This document shows positions 13,519-26,550 of a stretch of 64,000 bases of DNA, one piece after another. This stretch comes from Bugula neritina. Its lineage: Eukaryota; Animalia; Bryozoa. The notes beneath the pieces were generated by a model that did no database searches, was not told the origin of the DNA, and was given only the letters and a program-made list of their open reading frames with translations. Each line of letters starts with the position of its first letter. Position 1 is the first letter of the stretch. The position numbers were made by a program, and so were the translations under genes. The stretch lies in NCBI GenBank assembly GCA_964035545.1, contig OZ037766.1, positions 21,130,767-21,194,766 of the forward strand, read 5' to 3'.

Positions 13519-14192
13519 AGCCAGATTACTGAAATTCAAGTTTTACTATCCAAGTAGTGAAACTCAATCTCATGTTAGGCATTGAGATCACTTAGAATTC
13601 ATTCTTACACATATCCAGATGTTTGTGGAATAAGTATAAAATAATAATATACCTCGAAGGTGTATTGTATATTTTTGTAATTTAAACACTGTTGTTGATT
13701 ATTTTTGCTCTTGATATCTTTGTAAATTGTTTGTTGTATATATTAGTGAGGAATCTACCTCATTGATGCCAATTTTTATAGTGATTTTAGATATCGTAGA
13801 CATTAACTAGGAAATTGACAATCGATAGTTGTTATTCCTATCCACTGTGATCCAATTAGTTCTATATTTAATCTACTCAATAACTTACACTTGCACATGG
13901 TGTATACTCTATGAAAAAGTATTTAGTATTTTTGAAGTAAAGACGAATGTAGATTAATAAAATTTGCCATAGTATGGTGAACATATTTATTCAAAAATAT
14001 ATTGTAATATTAACAATCAGTTATTAACGTCTACATTTTGAGAGAAATTATATAGGCCTAATCATTATTTAAGCTCAAATAAATTTTGTTTTTAAAATTT
14101 CAAAATTATATACTGTGTGATGAATTATTTGGTATTTTGCACAAACATTTAATTTTAAAAGGAAAATATTTTATAACCAAAAATTAAATGAT

Positions 14193-17100
14193 TTATTCAG
14201 CAACTACTTCTTCATCCTCTTCGTCGTCTTCGCTGGGCAGCTCTTCTGCTTCGCGGCGGCTCATCCCTACAACTTCCCCAAATCCTTTGAAAGCCCTCAA
14301 ATTGGAATTTAGTTTATGTGTAAAGAGTCTTTCATTTACTATCAGTTTACAGCCATCCTCGAGCAGCCTAACCACCAACCGAGCAATGTTTAGAGCATCA
14401 TCTCGACCAGAATGAGGTTGGCCAACAAATGTGTACCCAGATGTTTCCAACATTTTACTTAAACTCTGTCTTTTACAGTCGTAAAAGTTACTGAAAGTTT
14501 TCCGAATGTTAATCCATTTCCGTGCCCATTTGGGTATTCTCATACCGCTGAACTGACATTGTAAGAACATAAACCTGCTCATATCCCATGGTCTGAAAAA
14601 ATAATACAAAGAAACATAGCTGTAATAACTCAATGTTTTAAATTTTATTACTATAATTTGAGTGGCATTTTATTGATTGATCCTATGTTATGTTAAAATT
14701 CCAAGCAATGAATTACGTACTATATATTAAAGCTAGGTATTTTTACTAAACTAGAGCTACTAGGCCTGAAGAAAAGCAAGTGTTGAACTAAATCTAAATC
14801 AACTATTTTATCTTTCAACTAGCAAAGGCACTAGTTTGGCGATTCAATTTTTTATTGAAACTGCAGTTCATGCTAAGATATAGTCGTACAAGAGCATAAT
14901 GGTACTAATTTCTTGGTAACATTTTTTGTTAATGCTAAACTTCCAGTGAAATAAAAACTTGGATGATGTTGATCTCGCTTCACAACACATCATATGCTAA
15001 GAATGCACCCTAATTTCAATCAAATTTAGCGGATGGTTCTATAAGCAGCTCCGAGTTAGTGATGAAGTACAATTTTAGTTTAGAATTATGTCCCTAACTT
15101 CAAACTCTAGGCCCCAAAATACTGCACTTATTCACCACCAACTGGGAGCTGCTTATAGAACCATTCAAATTTAGTAACTAAACATTCATAAATAATCACT
15201 TCAAATGTTTTTCTAATCTAATCAGTATCAAAAAATACAATGAAAGCTATCTAGGAAAACAATGTCTATTACTGAAAAACGAAAATATTATTGCAATTTT
15301 AAGTTAAAGGCTGCACCTAATAATAAAACCCAAGGTCAAAAGACTATTAATAATAAAACCCACGGTCAAAAGACTATTATTATACAAAAATAAATCAATA
15401 TTTAATACAAATAGCAGTAAAATATAATTCAACACCAAAGCAAAACATGATAGGCTACTAGTGACAACAACTTTGCCAGTATATGTTAATACTGTTTACA
15501 AAACCCTTAAAATAAATGAGGACTAATAGACGACAAGCAAAAAGTTCTGCTTTGATGATTTGAATATATATGTCAGCTTACATTTTTAAAGTTATATATT
15601 AAATTTACTTCTCAAGTTTCCCTATAAAGAATCGCATTTATACTATCAACTTAAAGTTGGCAAAAATTTATGCTCTATATTTAAACTACTGACTCACCCA
15701 TCTGTCAAGACAGCCATTCGTCTGTCATATTTGTTTTGAGTGACCCATTTCCACATTTTATCTAGGACAACAGGAAACGTTGATGCAGAATCAACTTGAG
15801 ATTGTTGTATTCCGGTCAGAGATGTGCAGAATGGGGTTAGTGTAGGATACATAGTCGGTCTTACATAACTATGGAACTGATCCACCTTTAAAAGAAGTAG
15901 AGTAACTTTCGCTTTAGAGTTTATCAGGAAAGTAGAAAATGAATCCATACTTTTATTATAATTATTAAAGGTTGAAAAAATAACTTCTGCAAACAAATTT
16001 CCATAAGATTTCTAAATTGAAATGTGCACTAATACCAATAAACAAAGATACACAGTTGAGCCTAACTGACAAGAAAAAATTAAAAACATATTACTGATTT
16101 TATTTAAGTCAATATAATGTGCAATATGTAGACCAACACAAATTGTTATCTATGCACAACAACTTCGATGTGTGGCTAGACTTTACATTCAAAGAAATTA
16201 AAAGTTGAAATAGTAATTAGTACTGCTTTATACTGAATGCCTGCAAACTTACTTTATTATTGTACAAAATAAACTGTGCTTGAAAACAAGAAAATGCTAA
16301 AATTTTAAAAGTAACTAATCAGCAGTTTTCCCAAACTTGCTATGCCACAAAAAACCACTGGTAAAATTTTATTGCTGACTAAATAATGCAATATATCCCA
16401 AAACTTTCTCAATTTATTCAGCTTTTAGAAAAATAAATGGTTAACTTACAACAGATTTAGTTTTACAGCAGACGACCACAACAGGAAACTCTATAATTTC
16501 GTGTTTGTAGTTGTCAGGATTAGTACTGTCACATGTGGCTTCAAAGTCTATAACTAAATCAACAAATAGAAGTTGTCATAACATCATAAAAAATAAATGA
16601 TCATAAGGATGCAAAATACCAAATTAATCAATTCGAACAAGAAACTGTTTAATTTACTAGGCTACAGTTACAGCAATAATCAAAGATGACCTAGTTGAGC
16701 TTACCTAATATATAGTCGTATTTATGTTCTCTATCCACAGGCATTCTGGACTGAATCAGCTTTTTCTGCTTCCAGTAATTTTTTAACCGCTTTTTAAGAA
16801 CATCTTTTGACCCTCTAAAACCCATAAGTATTTGAAGCAAAATTAAAAACAATTATCTAGGTTTATTAAATGTAAATTTATATAATAAATACTCGCTATT
16901 GAACATCATTACAAATTTGGAGAAATAAAATGCTTTGATAGTTTATTAACTGACCCACAGTTGAGGCCAACAGATTCTAGCTTTTCTTTCAACTCCTCTT
17001 TCTTTAACTTGTTAATAGCTCCATTTATTTGTGACAATCGTTTAAAAACAGGATGGCCAAATTCATTTGTTTGACCAGTTGTTGAAAGACTATCATCTTT

Positions 17101-17953
17101 ACGTGGTTTTACTTTAGCACCTGCACTGGTTAACTCTTCCATTGCAACTAAAATATAACAATTTACCATGGGCTACAAATATTAAACAAATTGAATAGTT
17201 TGCTATAGAGATAGACTCATAATTATATAGCAGACAATTGCATTCAGCAAAATTATTATTAACTTGATCATTGAAGATTATAAGATGCAATAATATTCAC
17301 AATCATTACCAAAGTCATTAGGCTGATTAATGAATTTCTGCTGTAGCACAAGCATAAGATTATAACAATCATTTTTGCTTTTATTATCAATAGGCATAGC
17401 TATTAGTATTAACCAATTATTAATTAATAATAATATTAGTATTATCATAAAGTGATCACGATGGCAACCTTTCAAGTTTTACTGTGATTTTTAGTTATCA
17501 TGATTAAACCGACTTCAGTCAGAAATTTTTCAATAGCTATTATAAATCGATTTTTATTTTAATTTGAAATGTAAATTAAAATATGTCATCTTAAAGCTGA
17601 TCTTCACTTTTAGTTTAACTTTAAGTTTGTTTGATCATCTCTATTTTTAGTTTGATCAAAATAATCATAACCATAAGATTAATATTACTAATAATGTTAA
17701 TACTATTACTATTAGTATTAGTATTATTAATAGGCAAGTGGCAACAGCCTAAGTCAAGTCATGGCCATAGTGACAGCAATACTAATAATAATACTAATAG
17801 TTATAGTAACAAAAATCAATATCATTATGATAATATTAATTACAATAACTAGGAAAACAACACCCACTACTTAAAGTTAAACTAAAACTCTAACTGCAAG
17901 TTTTAGTTTAAGTTGACAGTTTGAGTTTTAAGTTTACTTTTAGCTTTCGTCAT
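14193..17953 (-). CDS. ERI1: 3'-5' exoribonuclease 1 (SAP domain + DEDDh exonuclease)
   Basis: Exons (minus) 17953-17938 (inferred first coding exon MTKAK), 17147-16955, 16814-16705, 16553-16450, 15885-15698, 14592-14193. Motifs YDYILVIDFEATC, HEIIEFP, FHSYVRP, LTPFCTSLTGIQQSQVD, VLTDGPWDM, HSGRDDALNIA; SAP region NGAINKLKKEELKEKL..VLKKRLKNYWK. Confidence 0.93.
15033..15164. mobile_element. Small fold-back MITE in an ERI1 intron
   Basis: Perfect 20-bp inverted repeat atggttctataagcagctcc / ggagctgcttatagaaccat, extending imperfectly inward. Confidence 0.65.
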
Positions 17954-18235
17954 AGATGTTATTTATACTAATATTGTTTGGTCAGGTGTTTGTCTTGAGT
18001 CTTCGATTTCGGATTTGTTAAATAATTATAATTTAAATTATTATAAATGAATATAATAATTAAAAATATTATTATCATCATTTTATTAATATTATAATTA
18101 TTATTAATATTATAGTTATTATTTCAAGTTTTCAACTGAATGTTTTTAATCACTATAATTGACTCCCACAATCATTTTGATTAGTTTTACTGGTGTCCGA
18201 ATAGAAAAAGTACACCAGCCTTTTGGATTTTTGCA
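17954..18235. promoter_or_regulatory. Putative bidirectional promoter ERI1/NSUN6
   Basis: Inferred ERI1 ATG (17953, -) and the first candidate NSUN6 ATG (18236, +) diverge about 280 bp apart. Confidence 0.55.
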
Positions 18236-18647
18236 ATGGAAAACCCAACTTTCGTAGGTAAGGTTGATAATTCTAATGATGATACTAATAGTCTCAAATA
18301 GGTCCTTCACTACCACGACTTTTCCTGAAAGAAATGTTGCAGCTTGACACGCGCGTGGTAAGGACAGCTGCCAAGGTCAACCTCAAGCGTGAGCTAGCAT
18401 TCTATAGACTGGAACTTTGCGCTTCTTACTCTATTCTTACAAACGGATTGTCACCTGCTCACACTTTATATTACTTAGGTGACAAAAAGTGAGCTACTTG
18501 CTGGTTGCATGATAATCAGAGCTTCAGCTTGTAGTTGTTGCAATGTTTGCCTAAACCCTAAAACTAAAAGTAAAACTGCGTTGAATAAAATTTAATCCTG
18601 CATTAGATACCAAAAGCATAGAATGATAAATATTTATGCAGGCAAAA

Positions 18648-21600
18648 ATGAATAATTTTAGCACAATTCCAACTTTTCATTTTCAAGACCAAGAGGTTGC
18701 TTGTCATTTTACTAAGGTATGCACAAGACTCAAGAGACAGAGTGAGAGTGAGAGTCAAAACTCAAGTGGCTTAGACTCTAAGTTAGAGTTACTATTAGTA
18801 GCAGCTTGAATTCCAGAGTGATAGTGACTGTGGGGATCCGGTGAAATTTAAGTCTTAAACAACCATCATTCTCAGAATCAAAGACAGTTGACAGTATGAG
18901 TATAACTATAAGTTTGAGTAACTCAGTATGAGTATGAAATATAATAATAATATTATAATTATGAAATTCATTATAGTTATCGTATTAATATTGTGATACT
19001 GATTTGATAATATAATATTAGTCGTTAAACTTAATGATAAATATTAATAATGTAGTTATTTATTCATACTGATGTTCATGTTGAATTTCAATTTCTATTG
19101 CCTGTTGGCTGTTAGTGTTAGTAATAACTATAAAATTGATTATTAAAGTCGATTTAATTATTTTTCTACTTGCTCTTGGTAATCTTACTAAGCAGAAAAA
19201 TAATTATATCGATTTTAATAATATTAATAAATCTTATTACTAACAGGCAATAGAAATACAAATTAAATTGAAATTCAACATCAATATGAATAAATAATTA
19301 CAATAATTATGGTCACCTTTCACCGCCGTGGTCCTGCGCGGGTGGCGGGTTTTTGCTTGATACCAAGTTCTACCAGGCATCTCCATCGAACTCGATCTTC
19401 CGCATCTGCGCCATCTAGCTCGAGCCATCTAAGGTCTGAGTTTATTGTATCACACCATCTTTGCTTTGGTCTACCCTTGGGTCGAACTCTCTCAACTGTC
19501 ATTTCTGACACTCTCCGGATGTCTTCCTCGCTTTCTCTTCTTCTAACATGTCCATATCACTGCATTCGTCTTTTCCTCATCAGGTCTTTAATTGGCATCA
19601 CTCTCGCTTCTGCTGTTATTTCCTCATTTGGCTTATGATCCTCTAAACTGACATTCAAACTGTATCGCAGCATGCGCATCTCACATGATGACATCTTGTC
19701 TGCCAAGGATTTTGTGGTGGGCCAAGTCTCATTTCCGTATAGTAGGGTTGGTCTGATAGCTATTTTGTAAATCAGTACTTTGAGTTTTGTGGGCATTTTC
19801 TTGTCACAGAGCACACCAGACAGCTCTCTCCACTTATTCCAAGCCTTTGATATTCTCAGCTCAACCTCCCTCCGGCAGCCTCCCTCTTGTTGGATTGTTG
19901 TGCCCAAGTACTTGAATTTGGAACACTTAGGCAGGCTTTCTATAACCTGACTACCATACTTCTTCATCCCGATGTTTTCTTGGTTTCCAACTGCTGGCAG
20001 ATGCTCGGTTTTCTTTCGACTTATTTTCAATCCTGCTGCCTCTATTTTCTCTCTCCAGATCTCTAACCTTCTTTCTAATCTCTCTCTATTACTGTCGCAC
20101 AGGACCAGATCATCGGCGAATAACATTGCCCATGGGTTGTCCTCGTTTATGTCTTCTGCTAGGACATCCATAATTATGATAAATAGCAGCGGGCTTAGTG
20201 CCGATCCCTGATGTAATCCGACTTCGATTTGGATTTTGCTTGTCAACCCAGAGTCTGTCCTAACACTAGTCCTGCAATCTTCGTACATGTCCTTTATGAT
20301 GTTGATGTACTGCTCTGGGACCATTCGCTTCCGTAGGCAGTGCCATATTAACTCACGTGGTATAGTGTCGTAGGCTTTTTCAAGGTCCACGAACACCATA
20401 TGGAGCTCTTTGTTGTGTTCTCTGTGCTTTTCTTGCAGTATTCGGAGGCAGAACATGGGTTCTGTGGTTGATTTCCCTTTCTGAAATCCATACTGATTTT
20501 GCTTGATTATAACTAATTCTCTAATTCTCTGTTCAATGATCCTCTCTAATAGTTTGAGGCAGTGGCTTAGCAGTTTTATCCCCCTGTAGTTTCCACAGTC
20601 TAGTGGGTCTCCTTTCTGTTTATATATTGGTGTTATCGTGCTTTCTCTCCAGTCTGGTGGTATCCTTTCGGAGATGATATTGTTCAAACACGCTGTCATC
20701 CATGTAGTTCCTCTCTCTTTCAGCAACTTTATGATGTCAATTGGTAGCTGGTCTGGCCCTGTGGCTTTGTTAGCTTTCATATTTCCAATTATATTTCATA
20801 TTACAATAATTATAATGATAATGAAATTATCGGATTTACTCTAGAATAATAACATCAACAGAAAAGTCCTGGGCAGTCTACTGATGGTGATACTTTACAG
20901 GCACATTTGAATTGCAATATTATCTTAATTCTTAGCTTTATTCTTAACTCTTAAAGTCTTTTGCACAAAAAAATTGTAATATCATTAATCCAATCACAGT
21001 AATTAGATTTTGCTATGTTCTGATAGTATAAGCATTATTATAAGTTATAGTAGCAGCAACTAACAATAATTTTAATAGTCATTAAAATTAGTCAATGATA
21101 TTTTTGTTATTATTGTAACCATAATGATTTCCATGATGATTATGAGTTTAACTATTTGTTATTACTACTGCTTTTGAGTATGAATAGGGCAATATCAGTG
21201 TAGAAACTTTAAATATGAAAATCAATAAATAGCTATTACTATTAGCAATTAAATAATGCTATAATAATAATTATGATAATAGAATTTTAAAATCAGTAAC
21301 CATAACACTTAAAATTTAGTTAAATGCAAAATTATGTACGTTATTCAACAGTTTTTTTTTAGTTAAATCAATACGAACATTTAAAAGCTAACCTAAGCCA
21401 GCCACCAAGCTTTACGACTTTACGTTGTAATACTCTAAAGGAAAATGCTGGGGAAATTTTGAAAAAGGTGAACTCAGAACTTACAGCAATGGTATGCAAT
21501 TTTTATTAATTTATCAAGCTGTTACATATACGTTTCATATTTATTTTATTAATTAGGTGCCATGGAAATATTTTTGGTATAAGGAGCTAGGAATGTAAAT

Positions 21601-24600
21601 TTCTTTTAAATTCAAGTAATGTTGAAAAGTTAGCTCAACAAATAGGCTGCAGATGATTTGCAGTTGAATTGATTTTAATGCAGTGTTCAATGATGATGGT
21701 AACAATGCATTTTTTAACTACTTTGATTCATAGAAATCTGAACATAGCTTTAACGCTGCCTTGCATCCTGTGCTAACTGACTTGATAGTCATTACCAACT
21801 CTGGGCCAGCACACAGAGAGCCGGTATGTACAATACTTTATGTAGTCTCAGTATAAATTAATATTTGTTTTAAAATGCAATTTCTGTAACCTATACTGGC
21901 TATTAGTTGTTCACTTTAAAAACAGATTACTGTAATAACGATAAATTTTGATTGTGTCAACTATTAGTTAAGTCAAGTCTATGAGTATTGGGGTAGTTGT
22001 TGAGGCTTATTAGTTATGAATCTTTGTTTTAAAATTTTAAATTGTTTACTCTGTGAGTCAGAAAACTCATTGGTTCTTAATCAGAGGAAAATTTAAGATT
22101 TGGGAAGGAAATTTGTAATCTTTAAGGAATGTATTAGGGACATTTAACTAATTGATAACTATACTATGTTTTTATACCCTTAAAATATGTTAAATTTTTG
22201 AGGCTTTCAAATAAATAAAATAATTTACTTTAAACACACACGCGAGCACACACACACGCACACATTTTTTCCGGTACAGAGCTGAGTTTAAAATACTTAT
22301 TTCTTTTACAACTAACTGTCCTTATCTATCTAGGTTTCCAAAGAAGTGATTGTAGATAGGCTGTGTGGAATGGCTGTTCTTAGAGGTTCTGACGTGTTTG
22401 CATCTGGTCTATTAGCTATGTCACCTAGTAAGTATTAATAAATCTCGCTTATAAACAGTATGTTTGTGTTACTCACATCTTTTATTCATTGAAACAATTT
22501 TTTCTAATTGATATGCCATGATATGTCGAGTTCAAGTACATCACCATAATGTTTATGTTGAAGTTATTTTCAGAGAAACGTTGTTTTTTGGATTCTAGGT
22601 ATTTGTCAAGGGGATAAAGTGTCTTTGTATGTAGATTTGAGTTCTACCTGTTTGCGTGGCTCATTGCCTCCTTATGAATTTAAAAAGGTTTATCTTGGTA
22701 ATGGCACATCTCATTTTAATAGACACGAAGTTTTCTCATCATCTACTACTTTAAGGTAGGTTGTTTAGATTTAGCAGTTTTCTGTTAAAGAATACTTTAG
22801 ATTTCTTGCTACTATAAATTATAAAATAAAACAGCAAACTTGTAATTGTGTGAGCCTGTCATCAATTAATACATTTGATTTGTTTCTTGAATATTGGCTT
22901 AGTAAAATATATCTATTTATGATAGACTACTAAATATTTTTTGCATCAGGTATTTAGATTTTCTACTTGAGTGCTTTTCATTACTGCTGGTTTACTACTT
23001 TTCATAATATAATTCTAAATTTTTATTTTGTTGGTGGAAAATTTTCAAATTGGTAAGAAAGTGCATCAGTATTGTGACAATTATCTTGAAAGAGGATAAC
23101 TCCATAAATTTACCCCAAATATGATGAACTATTTCATTGACTACGTATTTTAGCGTTTTGTTAATGCTATGCAAGACTATTTTATTAAAAAGCTATCAAA
23201 GATTTTTTGTATCATATCAATCAGTCATAGCGTCATCATTTTATATTTTGAAACTGTCTCCAAAAGTTTATAATGACGTAAAGTTGGGCTAACAGATATC
23301 TTGTTTAAAATTTCCGCATTTTGGTAAAAAATTAAATTTTCCATCAAAAAACATATAACCTTCACAATCCACTTTCACGTAGCATTATGCTGTATTTGCT
23401 ATACTACCTCGCACAATAGTACATGCAATTTTTGCCATATCAAAATTTTCTATGTATGGTGGTAAATCTAGAATGATGATAATAGTATGGAATGTATAAT
23501 AGTCAGTAATAATTTACCCTGAGGTAAAAGCAGCAAGTAACTTATAGCAACTTCATGTTGTTATTTAATAGACTGCTTACTCTTTCAACATATAAAAGTG
23601 TGCAGTAATGGGCTAAAGTCAGCAGAGATTGCAATTACCACCTGTTTTAAGTTGGCACTTCTAATTGGAGTAAATTTATGTTATCGTTTTGTTGGTGAAT
23701 CTGCTCTATACACACACGACACTTGCTACATAGTCAAGGTTTGCTTGTTTTTGTGTTTATAGTGGCATAGGCATCAGCATGGAGGAACCTCTCTATGTCT
23801 CTCCCAAACTCAATAACTTTCTTCCAGATCTGGTATTTCCTCAGAATTTGCCGTCCTGTATATGTGCTCACGTACTCGACCCTCAGCCTGGAGAAACTGT
23901 TCTAGATATGTGTGCGGCGCCAGGTACTGTTACTATGGTAATAAGATGTCAAAGTGTACTCTCTGTGCACCGATTTCATCTGGCAGAGCCTAACGATATT
24001 TACATAGTTTAACACCAGTTGATAATGATAGTTGGTGATTTCAAATGTCTCAAATATTGCAATAACTTTTGCGCTTCAGTTAAGCTCTCATAAATCTGCT
24101 ATCATTCCTAAACAGTTACACTTTATATTGTTAGTTATCTTCTGACAGAATTTGCCACTGTTGAATTTGAACTAATCACAGTAGGCCCATTCATTCATAG
24201 GTCACACACATCCTAGGAATAAATAAGTCAATCTGGGCTGAATAAAGTCAGAATGTGATATGTTTGGTGGTAAACGTATGGATAGCTGAAATGTGTGTAC
24301 CAGATGCTCCATCATGAAATCTTCAATAATGTCCAGTACAAAAGTTCAAAACCGAATACTGTCGTGCAGTTTCTTCTACAGGTCTGTTTTGGCATCAAGA
24401 GGAAATGCCATGTTTTCATGCTCTGTCATTTTTTACAGGTGGTAAAACTTGTCACATAGGCACATTAATGCAGAACTCTGGGGTACTAATTGCTTTGGAC
24501 AAGGCCAAGAAAAAAATGGATACTTTGAAATCCAATCTGTTGAAAAGTGGCTGTACTATAGCACAAGTATACTGTCAGGATGCTAGCAAATCGGTCCAAG

Positions 24601-25853
24601 ATGGCTCTAGCAATGGTTGTATATATTTATTTGACATTTGTTGACTGAAATTTAATGCCTAAGAAGGTCATACAAGTTCACAGATAATTAGGCAATATCC
24701 CTGTGAGAAACCCAAGATGAAAATGGTTTTTTTTTAAATCGGGCCAAGGACTTATATATATGTAGCACAGAAGCAATTATGACTGGATGCTCTTTCTAAC
24801 ATCACCAAGTGCCTTAGCTGAGGATCGAACCCATATCCTCATGTTTACTAAGCTCTAACACTTTTAGACTACGGCTGCTCTTTAATGCCTAAAAGTTGAT
24901 TGAATATTCGTTGTACCACAAAGATGTTTATTCTTTAAAGCGGAAGTTTTGAATTCTAAGTAAGAATTTAAGGTTTTTTGCCGGGTGTAATATGATTCAA
25001 GCTCCTAATGCTTTCACTGATTTTTTGCAAATTTATGTTTCATATAGGCTAGGTAACTCCTAAAACCAAAAGAATGTGTTGAAAACTAAACCTTTTCAAA
25101 GCATATAGCACATTGAGTTATAGTAAATCATGTTTTTTTATTTCAACTTGTAGATTCTCTGGGAGTCCCTGGCTCCCCTCCCTACAGACCTGAAACCTTT
25201 GACAGAATACTACTAGATGCACCATGCAGTGCGTTAGGTCAACGGCCCAGTCTGTCTAACCCCATTACTATGAAGGCGTTGTCATCTTACCCACCTCTCC
25301 AGAGGAAGTTACTTATTGCTGCTGTCAAGCTGCTGAAAGTGGGCGGTGTTTTAGTCTACAGCACATGTACTTTCACTAGTGCCGAAAATGAAAGCCAAAT
25401 TGCTTGGTTGTTGGGAGAGTTTCCCAACGTCCAATTGGAGTCTCAGGTCTGACACCCCCTGTGTTTGTTTGTGTGACTAAACTGCTATTATCTGTGGCTG
25501 ATGCAATTATTCTGGTGAAAGCAAATGTCTGGTACAAAATTTGTCTTGTGCTTTGCAGGTCAAGCAAGATTACCAAGTTTGCATTCAAATAAGTTAGTAA
25601 AGCTTGTCCTATTTTTGGTATTACATTTGTTGTGTTGTTTAAAAGTTTCTGGCTAATATTGCAGGGAAAGTTTCACTTGAATAAAGGATCAGACACTCAT
25701 AGTCAATTTCCTGGATGCACACTTTCAAAGGAACAGCTAAGTTTTCTTCAGTCATTTCACCCAGCATTCATACCTTCTACTGCCAGTTGTATGCTGTCCC
25801 CGAATATTGACACTATCGGCTTCTTTATAGCAAAGCTTCGGAAATTTAGATAA
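18648..25853 (+). CDS. NSUN6: tRNA/mRNA cytosine-C5 methyltransferase NSUN6 (PUA + RsmB/NOP2 domain)
   Basis: Exons 18642-18716 (ATG 18648), 21363-21491, 21734-21823, 22334-22427, 22599-22755, 23763-23923, 24439-24615, 25154-25446, 25665-25853. Motifs LSQPPSFTTLRCNT, CGMAVLRGSDVF, QNLPS, LDMCAAPGGKT, FDRILLDAPCS, LVYSTCT, DTIGFFIAK; possible upstream coding exons at 18236-18257 and 18302-18357. Confidence 0.94.
19311..20799 (-). mobile_element. 5'-truncated RTE-clade LINE inserted antisense in an NSUN6 intron
   Basis: RT ORF 20780-19557 (KATGPD, YRGIKLL, FVDLEKAYD, GLHQGSALSP, LFADD) continues in frame past one TGA to 19320 (RPKGRPKQRW); 14-bp TSD attacaataattat at 19297-19310 and 20800-20813. 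Confidence 0.93.
24755..24880 (-). mobile_element. tRNA-derived SINE fragment
   Basis: Minus strand gagcagccgtagtct..gggttcgatcc (B-box) ..gagcatccagtcata; related to 29485-29595. Confidence 0.55.
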
Positions 25854-26550
25854 ATCCTGGACACTATTTTAATATCAAGTACTTTGCTCAAGACTCCTTT
25901 TGCCATTTAGCTTTCAATCTTGTGATTGGTTACTGAAACTAGTCGATTTTATTATATTAAGTATAAATAGAAGAAAGTACATTTATAATGGTAAAATAGT
26001 CTGGGTTGGAATTTTATAAAATGGGTTATCTAATTAGTAGTTATCATAGGGATGATGTATGACCTTTGGTAGAAGTGTGCATGTCAATTCACAGTGTCCC
26101 ATATAGCTATGTATGTCAAGTGTTTATAATTATGTATATATTTATAGCTTGTAAAAATACTTTATTTAATCTGAAAATGCTGATGAAATATTTTTATATT
26201 TGTACATAATATAATATTTGCAATAAAGAAAATACATTCATAATCAATAGATATTTCTCAAGTGTGTTATAAAAATAAAATGTTAGATTCTTACTCCTCA
26301 ATACAATAACCTTGGGTTTTGGTAAACTTTCCACCTCAGATTGTTTTTCAAGTGAGATTGGAAGTTGTTCTGTATATTTACAATTAGCCGCAACCTTACA
26401 AGTGACAATAATAACAAAGCCGCATACATCTCACATCAGGAATTGTTGGTCACTCAAATCAAAAAATCAGTGATTTCTAATGGAATATCGATAAATACAG
26501 CTAGCATAAGAAATTCCTTGATTATAAAAGTTGGTTAGAACAAGGTCTGC

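Noticed and set aside
18551-18562. ctaaaccctaa telomere-template-like word
   Set aside because: Single copy, does not match the TTAGGG template register, and no supporting structure
19557-19559. In-frame TGA in RTE as selenocysteine or readthrough
   Set aside because: The position corresponds to the Trp of the W(F/Y)GHV motif; simple TGG>TGA mutation
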